From assembly GCA_013297765.1 (NCBI GenBank), contig JAAFID010000001.1:1-63111 (forward strand): a DNA stretch of 63,111 bases, read 5' to 3'. Positions 19,185-29,300 of the stretch are shown one piece after another. The translations under genes and the position numbers were made by a program. The stretch's first letter is position 1; every line of letters starts with the position of its first letter. This stretch comes from Cytophagales bacterium. Its GTDB lineage: Bacteria > Bacteroidota > Bacteroidia > Cytophagales > Cytophagaceae. The notes under the pieces are model-generated. The model made no database searches. It was not told where the DNA came from and saw only the letters and a program-made list of their open reading frames with translations.

Positions 19185-19403
19185 TTAAGATTTTTTCAAA
19201 AATTCTGTTTTCAGTACCATCATTGTTTTTTCTACTTTCCCTTCTATTTCTCCCGCATTACCCGTTAGGCGAATGTTTTTCACTACAGTACCCTGCTTTA
19301 TAACACTAGAAGAACCTTTTACCTTCAAACTTTTAATTACGGTTACAGCATCGCCTCCTTTCAATAGATTTCCGTTGCTATCTTTTACTTCGATTTCTTC
19401 CAT
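19185..19403 (-). CDS. PhnA/YjdM C-terminal-domain protein
   Basis: 72 aa. The pattern VKDSNGN.L..GD.V..IK.LKVKG.S..IK.GT.VKNIRL....EIEG matches the PhnA C-terminal domain. The N-terminal zinc ribbon is absent. Confidence 0.7.
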   Translation of the reverse strand: MEEIEVKDSNGNLLKGGDAVTVIKSLKVKGSSSVIKQGTVVKNIRLTGNAGEIEGKVEKTMMVLKTEFLKKS

Positions 19404-19415
19404 GGATTTTATATG

Positions 19416-19760
19416 TTATTTTAAAATTTTCTTGATGATGCTTACAAATTCACGAAAATCGTCTTTGCTTTGTGTCGCAATTGCTATCCCATCAGTAGAA
19501 AGACCATAGTATTTTCTTATCCTTTTACCTGTATAAAAAGACTCTGATTGCACCAAACCCAATGCCTCTAGTTTGTGCAAAGTAGGGTATAATGCCCCTT
19601 CGGTTAGTTGCAACTTGTCTTTTGATAAGTCTTTTACCAATTTTACTATTTCGTATCCGTATAGCTTTCCTTGTTTGTGCAGCAAGTGCAACACTATGGT
19701 TTTCAATGTTCCTTTGTACAATTCGGGGTTATACATGTATGCTCGTTTGGTGAGCTGCAA
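19416..19760 (-). CDS. PadR family transcriptional regulator
   Basis: 114 aa. Winged-helix signature LYGYEIVKLVKDLS...LTEGALYPTLHKLEALGLV. Confidence 0.9.
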   Translation of the reverse strand: MQLTKRAYMYNPELYKGTLKTIVLHLLHKQGKLYGYEIVKLVKDLSKDKLQLTEGALYPTLHKLEALGLVQSESFYTGKRIRKYYGLSTDGIAIATQSKDDFREFVSIIKKILK

Positions 19761-19853
19761 AAGTACACAAACTAATAGATTTCACTATTTGCGAGGGGCA
19801 AATATATTTTGAGCGATTATAGCATAATTAATGGCAGCTAGAATGCTTATTTA

Positions 19854-21155
19854 TCAATGCCCATCGGAAGTTTGTGCTTCTATATGGGCGGTCATGTGAA
19901 TGAATTTTTTGTACAATACCAGTAAAATTACCCCCGAAACAAATGTAAAACTACCCAATATCAAATAGGCATAACGTACATTTGAGGCATTGTGAAAAAA
20001 TGGAAGGCAAAATATTAGAATAAACATCATTCTAAAAACAGTATTGATAACGTTAAATATACTATTTACACGACCGGTTAGCTCATTGGGAATTAGTTTG
20101 AATAAAAATGAAACTCTAAAAATTCTAGAGCCCGAGTTGGTAAACCCAATAATAAAGGATACGAGGAAAAAGACATACAAACTTTGAGTAATAGCACAAA
20201 TTATAAATGCAAAGGTCGTGAGAAAAGTAAGAATGATGATGGATTTTGGAATAGGCATACTGTTCAGCACTTTGCGAATAATTAAACCTGAAATTAAAGA
20301 ACCAGAAGCATACATAAACTCTGAAAGCCCTAATATACTGGGCGATTGATGCAAGTGGTTGTAAACATATAGCGATAGTAAGCAAAATATTTCTACCAAA
20401 ATAATGATAAAAATAGAAAAAGCACAAATACCAAATATGGTAACATAAGGATTATTGATTAGGTATTTGAACCCTGATTTTAGACGTTCATTTAGGTCAC
20501 CTTCTTCGCTAAACACCACATTTTTCGCAGGACGGTATTTGATAAAAATAATAAGTAAAAAAGAAATAATGTACGTGACGCCATCGAGCAAAAATATTTC
20601 ATGCAATGGCCAAGGATTGATATGTATAGGAAAATGAAAAGTAGAGCCAAAAATAGAATAAGACTCTTGAGCATCTAACCCATTTAAAAGTACAGCACCA
20701 AGTGCCGCAGAGGCCATAGAGGTAAACTGCCCTATGATTTCTATATAGGATATTACCTTTAGATAATCTTTTGGATCTGATACTTCTTGTACAAAAGCAT
20801 AAAGATTGGGATAATGAATATGATAGCCGTAATAGGTCACTGTAAATACTAAGATAATAAGAATAGGAGGCAAAACTTCAGAAAAACCAAGTATAGCCAC
20901 AGCCAGTATTATCAGGCCTTCCATAAAGTTAGTACCTAAAAACACATCTTTTCTATTGAACCCATCAATAAGTGCTCCAGCATACAAACCCCAAAACAAC
21001 GAGCCTAATGTAATAATGCTAAAAAATATAAAAAATAATTCCGATTGATTATTGAGCGTGAAGTAAGATGGTATAGCCAACATGGTAATTCCTTGGGCGA
21101 AACCAGAAACCCCATTGGCCAAAAAAAGTAATATTAACGCCTGTTTATTTTTCAA
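19854..21155 (-). CDS. MFS transporter
   Basis: 433 aa with about 12 hydrophobic helices and MFS-like loop motifs. Lies upstream of padR on the same strand. Confidence 0.8.
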   Translation of the reverse strand: MKNKQALILLFLANGVSGFAQGITMLAIPSYFTLNNQSELFFIFFSIITLGSLFWGLYAGALIDGFNRKDVFLGTNFMEGLIILAVAILGFSEVLPPILIILVFTVTYYGYHIHYPNLYAFVQEVSDPKDYLKVISYIEIIGQFTSMASAALGAVLLNGLDAQESYSIFGSTFHFPIHINPWPLHEIFLLDGVTYIISFLLIIFIKYRPAKNVVFSEEGDLNERLKSGFKYLINNPYVTIFGICAFSIFIIILVEIFCLLSLYVYNHLHQSPSILGLSEFMYASGSLISGLIIRKVLNSMPIPKSIIILTFLTTFAFIICAITQSLYVFFLVSFIIGFTNSGSRIFRVSFLFKLIPNELTGRVNSIFNVINTVFRMMFILIFCLPFFHNASNVRYAYLILGSFTFVSGVILLVLYKKFIHMTAHIEAQTSDGH

Positions 21156-21344
21156 AAATCTACTATTTATGGGCTTTTCAAAAACTACTTCTTTAAGTTA
21201 AGCATTTCCTATTTTCAAAAATGCTTTAATATTCTCGAAGTCATCTCAAAAATATGTATTCAAAACGATATTATATAATATTGGTTATGTTTTAATTAAT
21301 ATTATTCCTCAATTTGTATTTGGATAGCTATATTTAGCATACAA

Positions 21345-21821
21345 ATGTTACATTTTTTTATGGAGTTTCACCGTGAGTATTATTTAAAAATGGCCGATTA
21401 TTGCAACTATCAAGAACGATGTACGCAGGAGGTATTGACCAAGCTACAAGAACTAGAGGCAAAAGCAGAATGGTTAGAGCCTATTTTGGATAAGTTGCGA
21501 AATGAAAATCTGCTTAACGACAATCGTTTTGCTCACAGCTATGCGAGGGGAAAATTTAGATTCAAAAAATGGGGCAAATTAAAAATTAAGTACCACCTGA
21601 AGCAGAAGCAACTACCCCAAGCATACATCATAGCTTCCTTGGCTGCCCTAAATCAAGAGGAATATTTAGATAGTTTAAAAAAAATGCTAGAAAAGAAAGT
21701 AAATTCAGAAAAACTCAAAAATAACCTTTCAGATAAAGCCAAACTATACCGCTATGCGGTAGGTAAAGGTTATGAAAATGATTTGATTCAACAAGTAATT
21801 CAGTCACTTTGGAAAGATTAA
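21345..21821 (+). CDS. recX: RecA regulator RecX
   Basis: 158 aa. Helical-repeat protein with the YCNYQERCTQEV motif typical of Bacteroidota RecX. The start codon is uncertain. Confidence 0.75.
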   Translation: MLHFFMEFHREYYLKMADYCNYQERCTQEVLTKLQELEAKAEWLEPILDKLRNENLLNDNRFAHSYARGKFRFKKWGKLKIKYHLKQKQLPQAYIIASLAALNQEEYLDSLKKMLEKKVNSEKLKNNLSDKAKLYRYAVGKGYENDLIQQVIQSLWKD

Positions 21822-21897
21822 AATTATTCTATTTAAAAATTTGGGATTTTAAAAAAAACCTCGTACGTTTGCAGTCCCTAAAATAAAGGAAAATATT

Positions 21898-21972
21898 GGG
21901 AGCTTAGCTCAGCTGGTTCAGAGCATCTGCCTTACAAGCAGAGGGTCGGGGGTTCGAACCCCTCAGCTCCCA
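21898..21972 (+). tRNA. tRNA-Val (anticodon TAC)
   Basis: Manual cloverleaf folding. Acceptor GGGAGCT/AGCTCCC, D-arm AGCTCAGCTGGTTCAGAGC, anticodon stem-loop TCTGC-CTTACAA-GCAGA, T-arm GGGGGTTCGAACCCCC-like. Discriminator A; CCA is not encoded. Confidence 0.9.
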
Positions 21973-21978
21973 CATTAA

Positions 21979-22002
21979 AACCGCTTTATTGCGGTTTTTT
22001 TT
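21979..22002 (+). terminator. terminator after tRNA-Val
   Basis: Stem AACCGC / GCGGTT with a 6-nt loop, followed by T8. Confidence 0.65.
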
Positions 22003-22112
22003 ATGTCTAGAATTTATGCCTGTTGTATATATTTTAGTTCAATTGAAAAACTACCGTTGAATTTTGCTCTTCGACTCGCCTGACCCAAAACCCTTGCGTG
22101 CCGTTCGTTGCT

Positions 22113-22661
22113 CTATTCGCCTGTTTTTATTTCATACTCTAATAAAGCAAGGTATAAATTTCTGTATTGAATTGGTAAATTTTCAGTTATTGGTGTCGTG
22201 AAATTTTCAATAAATTTAAAGCCAAAACTTTGGTAATATTTTATAATGTTTTCATTGTCGCCCCAAGTGTCCATCCTAATATTTTTTAGTTTGTGATTTT
22301 GAGCGTATTGAATTGTCCAATTTAATATTTTTTCAAACTGTTTTTGTCCCTTAAATTCTGGATTTACAACAATTCTATGCAAATAGATTGCATTTCCGTT
22401 TTCTCTTTCACGCCAAATTATTGAGTCACTAAAACAAATACTAAACACGCATAAAATATTCTTGTCTTCAACTATTTTAAATTGCAGTTTGTTTTCAATG
22501 TCTGTTTTTAGGAATTTCTTGTCGTAGCCATTCCAAACTGGGTAACCTTTATTTTTTTGGTAATTTATTGCCTGGTCAAAAAGATGACAAATAAATTCTA
22601 AGTCTTCAATTTTAGTATTTTGAATTTGTTCTGTTTTGTCTTTTTGTTGAATAATATACAT
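22113..22661 (-). CDS. GNAT family N-acetyltransferase
   Basis: 182 aa. Has the GNAT core (IYLHRIVVNPEFKGQKQFEKILNW...FGFKF). Visibly more AT-rich than the surrounding genes. Confidence 0.8.
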   Translation of the reverse strand: MYIIQQKDKTEQIQNTKIEDLEFICHLFDQAINYQKNKGYPVWNGYDKKFLKTDIENKLQFKIVEDKNILCVFSICFSDSIIWRERENGNAIYLHRIVVNPEFKGQKQFEKILNWTIQYAQNHKLKNIRMDTWGDNENIIKYYQSFGFKFIENFTTPITENLPIQYRNLYLALLEYEIKTGE

Positions 22662-22975
22662 TTATTTGTCTGTAATTTTTTTCAGTTTTTATTTTGTTCC
22701 TGAGTTTTTTTGCAAAGACGGCTAACAAAAACATAGACGCAATCGTAAATCGATTAGGACTCAAAAAAACTCCCTAATACAACTCCCAGCACAGAAATCA
22801 AAAACTAACTTAATAGTGTGGGGCAAGCCCTAAAAAACAACAATTTGATTGCTAATAACTAAGACCTTATAGGTGTCAAACTCGGGAGAAATTATCTATT
22901 AGCAAAGAACACAAATAGTAATATATGGGGATATATAAGATTGAAAGCCGACAAAACAGTGTTTGCCATTTCCTT

Positions 22976-25816
22976 CTACTCTACCAATACAAATGCTCCC
23001 CAATAATATGGTTCTTTGTACTTCTCTCTCAAGGCTAATTGTGCATCTTTAAAAGATTTCTGTTTGTTGCCATTGGCTACATAATTTTTGTAAAAGCTGC
23101 TCATCAATTCTTGTGTTGCGGCATCGTTTACTTTCCATAAACTCATGACAATGGTTTCAGCACCTGCCACTCTGAACGCACGCTGTAGGCCATAAACACC
23201 CTCCCCATTTTTTACATCGCCTAGTCCAGTTTCACAGGCACTCAATGTAACTATTGCAGTATTGTTAAGCGACAGATTGGTGACTTCATAAGCCGTCAAA
23301 ATTCCATTTTCCGATTTTCCAGCAATGGCTTTTTCTGCATCAGCCACCAACAATCCCGAGCGCAGCAGCGGGTTATCGTTCGATTTATTTAATGCAATTC
23401 CGAATACTTTATCAGCTTTAGAATTTAGCACCTCGGGCATAAAGAATCCATGTGTTGCTATGTGCAATATCTTAGGATTCCTTACGCTTTTAATATTTTC
23501 TTCCGATGCCTCCTCTTGCACCCAAGTAGTGGTATTGTAAGGTTTGCCCTGAAGTATTTTTTTAATGTTGTCTATCTCTGTCTTAGTTCCTGGCAATCGC
23601 TCTACAGTACCCCTGCTTCCATATAGCGGATAACCTATCAATACCGCCGATTGTGCTTTTCCCTCTTCTCCTCCAGTATTATTCTTTAAGGCTATTATTT
23701 CTTTGGTGTTAGTTAGTATCACCATGTTTTTATGGTCTATGAGATACTGCCCAGAAGGAAGCTGGATGGTCGCTAAATTTATTTGATTAAAAATTCCATC
23801 GAGAGATATATAAAGTGTTTTCTTATTTGCCAAATGTTTTTCCATTCTTTCCCAATAATGCTTGTATGATTGGTCGTCGACGATTTTCTGTTTGATGGCA
23901 TTTTTATAAAAATTATAATATTTCTTTTCCATATCGCCACCATTCTGCATAAGCACTACCTCTAAGCCGCCTGCTGCTTTGTCTTTAGATAAAATCAGGG
24001 CAACATATTGCACCGAATCGGTCAATACATTTTGAAATTTCTGCAATTGCACTATTTCTATTGCAGCCTCGTCGGGCAGTAGTTTCTCTACAATATTTTT
24101 GTATGTGATTTTATTTTTCGAGTACCCTTTGGCAAATACCACAGATTTTACGGCAAGCTCTCTTTCTCTAGCATTGGCTATATTTTCTAAAGAATCTACA
24201 TTCACCAATTCTTCAGCTAGTTGCTGCTTGTTTAGCGTGTACAGCCGGGCTAGGTTTTCTTTTGCATCTAGCCATTCGTAGTACTTTCTTATCAAGTCGG
24301 TATCTTTGCTTTGTAAAATTTGCTGCTTGGTATTGTTGGTAGCGTTCAAGATCAATGCCTTTGTAGTAAGTTGATAATTGTACATATCAAAAGCCAATGC
24401 AGGCATAGATTTTCGTACATGTATTGCAAAGGAATTGAAGCGTTGAAAACGAGGCCGCATCTTGTCCCAAAATCTTGTTTTCTCTATTTCGCTCAATGGC
24501 GTAAAATAAGTTTCTATTTCTTTTATCGTTTTCTCTGCCGATAGCTTTAGCTGCTTAGAGGCATCTACATTTTTGCCCTGTTGCCAATACAGTAATCCTA
24601 GGTTTTCAATGGAGCTTATGTATTCAGGATGTTCTTCACCAAGCTCTATTTTTCTTATTTCCAATGCTTCTATCAATAACGGTTCTGCATCATTTGACTT
24701 GCCAGTAATACGGTAAAAATTGCCTAGATTAGAGATGGCACTGGCAAACGATGGATGGGTATCTCCAAAGGTTTTTTTGTAAATCGCAACCGATTTTTTT
24801 AACAAATTTTCTACCTCGCCATACTTTTCTTTACCCATGTCGATATACAGCGATGCCAACAAATTCATTGTATGTGCATAATCTGGATGATTAGTGCCAA
24901 ATTTCTTTTCTTTTGATCTTAATACTTTCAGATAAATAGATTCTGCATCGGCAAGCCGACCAGTTTGTTGGTAAAGTACGGCAAGATTAAGCATCAATCG
25001 AGCGTAAGTAGTCGATTTCTCTTTGAGCGATTCACTCGCAATGCCTAGTGCCTCCTGTAGCTTGGGCTCTGCCTCTTTATACCTACCCATCGCCATATAA
25101 ATCATTGCTTCATTGTTTAGCGAAAGACCATAAGCAACACTCCTTTTGTTTAGTGCTTTTTCATTTATTCTCAAGGCTTCGGCAATTTGTATTTCAGCCT
25201 CATTATACCTGCCCATATCTTTATATAGTACAGCCAAGTTATTGATAGAGGCCGCAATGGGCGAGCTTTCAGAAGGTAGTATTCGTTGACGAATGTGCAA
25301 AGCACTATCGGTATATTTTTCCGACAAAGTATAACGACCCATAGTATGGTAAAGCAAACCCAAATTGCTCATAGCAAGTGGATAAACAGGGTCTTGTGTA
25401 AGGCCATTGGATTCAAATATTTTCAAAGATTTCTTAAACGATTCTTCTGCCAATTTATATTTGTTAGAGGCATACAACATTTCACCAGCTTCGTTTAGAT
25501 TCGAGGCATCCTCTTTAGGAGCACTTTGAGTGCCTCCTGCCAATCTTAGAGCTTCAAAGATTACTTTCTGAGAGCGTTTAAACCTTTCTTCGTTTTCATA
25601 GAGTCCTGCATTGTCGCTCAGTGCCACAGCATAATTAAAACTAGCCTCATCATATTCTTTGCGAGTTTCGGCCATTTTATCAACCAAGGCCGCCTTTAGT
25701 TTTTCTATATTTTCCTTACTAGCAGCATTGTCTAATAATTCTTTACCCAAATTGATTTGAGAAAATACAAATGCGGGGAAACAAAGCAAAGAGCATAAAA
25801 AATAATATTTTCTCAT
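22976..25816 (-). CDS. secreted TPR-repeat protein with C-terminal CHAT (caspase-like) domain
   Basis: The ATG at 25816 gives the signal peptide MRKYYFLCSLLCFPAFVFSQ. About 10 TPR units follow (repeated A..Y..A/L..G.Y..A pattern). The C-terminal CHAT domain carries the His/Cys dyad context ILHIATHGFF and VTLSACETGLG. Confidence 0.85.
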   Translation of the reverse strand: MRKYYFLCSLLCFPAFVFSQINLGKELLDNAASKENIEKLKAALVDKMAETRKEYDEASFNYAVALSDNAGLYENEERFKRSQKVIFEALRLAGGTQSAPKEDASNLNEAGEMLYASNKYKLAEESFKKSLKIFESNGLTQDPVYPLAMSNLGLLYHTMGRYTLSEKYTDSALHIRQRILPSESSPIAASINNLAVLYKDMGRYNEAEIQIAEALRINEKALNKRSVAYGLSLNNEAMIYMAMGRYKEAEPKLQEALGIASESLKEKSTTYARLMLNLAVLYQQTGRLADAESIYLKVLRSKEKKFGTNHPDYAHTMNLLASLYIDMGKEKYGEVENLLKKSVAIYKKTFGDTHPSFASAISNLGNFYRITGKSNDAEPLLIEALEIRKIELGEEHPEYISSIENLGLLYWQQGKNVDASKQLKLSAEKTIKEIETYFTPLSEIEKTRFWDKMRPRFQRFNSFAIHVRKSMPALAFDMYNYQLTTKALILNATNNTKQQILQSKDTDLIRKYYEWLDAKENLARLYTLNKQQLAEELVNVDSLENIANARERELAVKSVVFAKGYSKNKITYKNIVEKLLPDEAAIEIVQLQKFQNVLTDSVQYVALILSKDKAAGGLEVVLMQNGGDMEKKYYNFYKNAIKQKIVDDQSYKHYWERMEKHLANKKTLYISLDGIFNQINLATIQLPSGQYLIDHKNMVILTNTKEIIALKNNTGGEEGKAQSAVLIGYPLYGSRGTVERLPGTKTEIDNIKKILQGKPYNTTTWVQEEASEENIKSVRNPKILHIATHGFFMPEVLNSKADKVFGIALNKSNDNPLLRSGLLVADAEKAIAGKSENGILTAYEVTNLSLNNTAIVTLSACETGLGDVKNGEGVYGLQRAFRVAGAETIVMSLWKVNDAATQELMSSFYKNYVANGNKQKSFKDAQLALREKYKEPYYWGAFVLVE

Positions 25817-25917
25817 TCTGTAGTTTTTAAAAGTGGAATCTATTTTTTCTAAGTATTTAATCAAAATTAATTTTTAATGTAAACTTAAGAATATCGCAAA
25901 AGAAATTTAGTAAAAAT

Positions 25918-25942
25918 TTAATCTCTCAAAGAAAGAGATTAA
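25918..25942. promoter_or_regulatory. 9-bp perfect inverted repeat in the CHAT/gltB divergent intergenic region
   Basis: TTAATCTCT-CAAAGAA-AGAGATTAA. The same 9-mer AGAGATTAA recurs at 26263..26271, 39 nt upstream of the gltB ATG. Confidence 0.3.
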
Positions 25943-26309
25943 GGATTTTGAATCCAATTTTTTTAATTGTTTACTTTATCAATCAATGAAACAAATTGGT
26001 AAATTACTAGCCTTTCAGCTAATTATTCTTTAAATTTTAGTATTACAAAACAAAAATATTCCAATACCAATTATTAATTGCACTATTTGTATAAAGTTTA
26101 ATTGAATTCAAACAAAGCAAGATTTCAATATTATTTTTTTAATAATTTAGATTAAATTTGTAAAGGATTCTTTTTAAAAAATGTGTTCTATAATCGTTTA
26201 AAGGGTCTTTTTGTTTTTTCTCTAAATATTCGTGCCGCCAATATCTATCTATTTGTGGCAGTAGAGATTAAAATTAACATCTTAGAATTTTACAATAAGT
26301 TAATAATTG

Positions 26310-29300
26310 ATGGCTGAACTAAACAACCAAGGATTGTACGACACCAGTTTTGAGCACGACTCATGCGGTATTGGTTTTGTGGCAAATTTGAAAGGCAAAA
26401 AAGACCACGATATTGTTGAAAATGCCTTGAATATGCTAGAACGCATGGAGCATCGTGGAGCATGCGGTTGCGAAAGCAATACAGGCGATGGTGCAGGTAT
26501 ATTGATACAAGTTCCCCACGAATTTTTTGTAGATGAGTGTGTGAAGTTGGGTTTTAAACTTCCTGCTTTTGGTCATTATGGTGTTGGTACAGTTTTCTTC
26601 CCTAAAGATAAAAAACTTAGGGATGAGTGCAGAGCTATTTTAAATAGAAATATTGAAAAGTTGGGCATGACCTTGCTAGGGTATAGAGAATTACCTACCG
26701 ACAATTCCCCCATTGGTCCAAGTGCCCTAGCAGTAGAACCACTGATGGAGCAAGTTTTTATAAAACGATCTGACGATGTAAAAGATGCCGATACATTTGA
26801 AAGAAAATTATTCATACTTCGCAATTATACTACCCGATTAGTGCGTGAAACCTACGGGTTGGAAATAAAAAATATTTACGATGCCTTTCATATTGCCAGT
26901 TTATCGTACAAGACAATTACCTACAAAGGACAATTCACTACAGGGCAAGTACGCCAATATTTTCCCGACCTTCGTCAGAAAGGTGTAGTTTCGGCCATAG
27001 CAGTTGTACACTCTAGGTTTTCTACCAATACATTTCCTTCGTTCCGCTTAGCACAACCATTCCGCTATATTGCTCACAATGGCGAAATAAATACGGTAAA
27101 AGGCAACGTAAATTGGATGAAAGCTCAAGAAGCTGGCCTTACTTCCAAGTATTTTACCAGAGAAGAAATGGAAATGATTACGCCTATTTGCGACATTACC
27201 CAGTCTGACTCTGCAAACCTAGATAACGCTGTTGAACTACTCGTTCTCAGCGGCCGCTCACTGCCACATGTGATGATGATGCTGATACCCGAAGCATGGG
27301 ATGGCAACACCGACATGACAGAATCAAAAAGTGCATTTTACGAATATCACGCAGCATTGATGGAGCCTTGGGATGGCCCTGCATCTATTTCATTTACCGA
27401 TGGTAAAATAGTTGGTGCAACACTCGACAGAAATGGATTAAGACCTTCCAGATATATTGTTACCGACGACGATGTAATTATTATGGCATCAGAGGCTGGA
27501 GTAATAGAAATAGACCCAGCAAAAATTGTTAAAAAAGGCCGTCTGCAACCAGGTAAAATGTTCGTAGCAGATTTAGAACAAGGCAAAATCATTAGCGATG
27601 ATGAGTTGAAAGCTGAAATTTGCTCTAAACAACCCTATAGAGAATGGTTGAAAAACAAAATTAAAATTAAAGATTTGCCTCAGCCCCAAGGGGAGTTTCA
27701 TCAACCAGATGAACATGCTCTACTAAGGAAACAGCAAGCTTTTGGCTATACCAAGGAAGACTTGAAAGTGATAGTAACCGAGATGGCAGAAACTGGAAAA
27801 GAACCTATTGGTTCTATGGGTACAGATACGCCACTTGCTATACTCTCTGATCAAAGTCAGCACTTATCAAGTTATTTCAAACAATTATTTGCACAAGTAA
27901 CAAACCCACCCATTGACCCAATACGTGAGCGTTTGGTGATGTCGTTGGTGTCTTATGTAGGTGGTTCACTAAACTTGCTAGACGAGTCGCCACTTCATTG
28001 CAGAATGGTGGAGTTACATCAACCAGTTCTTACCAATACCGATTTAGAAAAATTAAGATATTTAGACCAATCTCATTTTCAAACCAAAACCATCAGTGCA
28101 TTTTTTAAATCTGATGGCTCGGCGGGTGCTTTGGAAAAAGCATTGAATAGAATTTGCCAATATGCTGCCGATGCAGTAGAAGATGGTTTTTCTATTATCC
28201 TTATTTCTGATAGAGCAATCGACAGTAGTCACGCACCTATTCCATCACTGCTAGCTACTTCAGCAATCCACCATCACCTTATTAAAAAAGGTTTGCGTGG
28301 CAAAGTGGGTATTGTGGTGGAGGCAGCCGATGCTTGGGAAGTACATCATTTTGCAACTTTGATCAGTTTTGGTGCTTCGGCGGTCAATCCTTATTTGGCT
28401 TTTGAAAGCATTGTTCAATTGCAAAAAGATGGAGAAATAGATGAAAAATTAACCGTAGAAAAATTATTCTACAATTATACCAAAGCCATAGACGACGGTT
28501 TGTTAAAAGTATTCTCTAAAATGGGAATCTCTACCTTGCAGTCGTACCAAGGGGCACAAATATTTGAAGCACTTGGCATCAATGCTGAAGTAGTGGACAA
28601 ATATTTTACTGGAACTGTTTCTAGAATTGGTGGTTTGAAATTAGACGACATCGCCAAAGAGGTATTGATCAAACACAAATTGGCATATCCAGACGTACCT
28701 GTTGCCAAAACTCAGTTAGAAGTAGGCGGTGTTTACCAATGGAAACGCAGGGGAGAATATCATTTATTCAACCCTCAAACGATACATTTATTACAGCAAT
28801 CTACCAAGAATAACGACTATCAAGTATTTAAAAAATATAGCAAACTAGTCAATGATCAAAGTGTAAAAGCATGCACACTGCGTGGATTGTTGAAATTTAA
28901 AACAGCCAACGAATCGGTGCCATTGGAAGAAGTAGAATCGCTAGAATCTATTTTCAAAAGATTTGCAACAGGTGCTATGTCGTTTGGCTCTATTTCACAC
29001 GAGGCACATTCTACCTTGGCTATAGCCATGAATAGAATTGGCGGGAAAAGCAATTGCGGAGAGGGTGGAGAAGATGAAATAAGATTTGCAAAGAAAGAAA
29101 ATGGGGATTGGGAACGCTCTGCGATTAAACAAGTAGCGTCTGGTAGATTTGGTGTGACCAGTTATTATTTGACCAATGCCATAGAACTACAAATTAAAAT
29201 GGCTCAGGGTGCTAAGCCTGGAGAAGGTGGTCAGTTGCCTGGCCATAAAGTAGATGAGTGGATAGGTCGTGTTAGGCATTCTACCCCAGGTGTAGGCTTG

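Noticed and set aside
21973-25900. Search for a direct repeat of the tRNA-Val 3' end or an integrase that would delimit a genomic island containing the GNAT and CHAT genes.
   Set aside because: I found no convincing repeat of the tRNA 3' segment, only a 6-nt CTCCCA match, and no recombinase gene. The island hypothesis is kept only as a low-interest compositional note.
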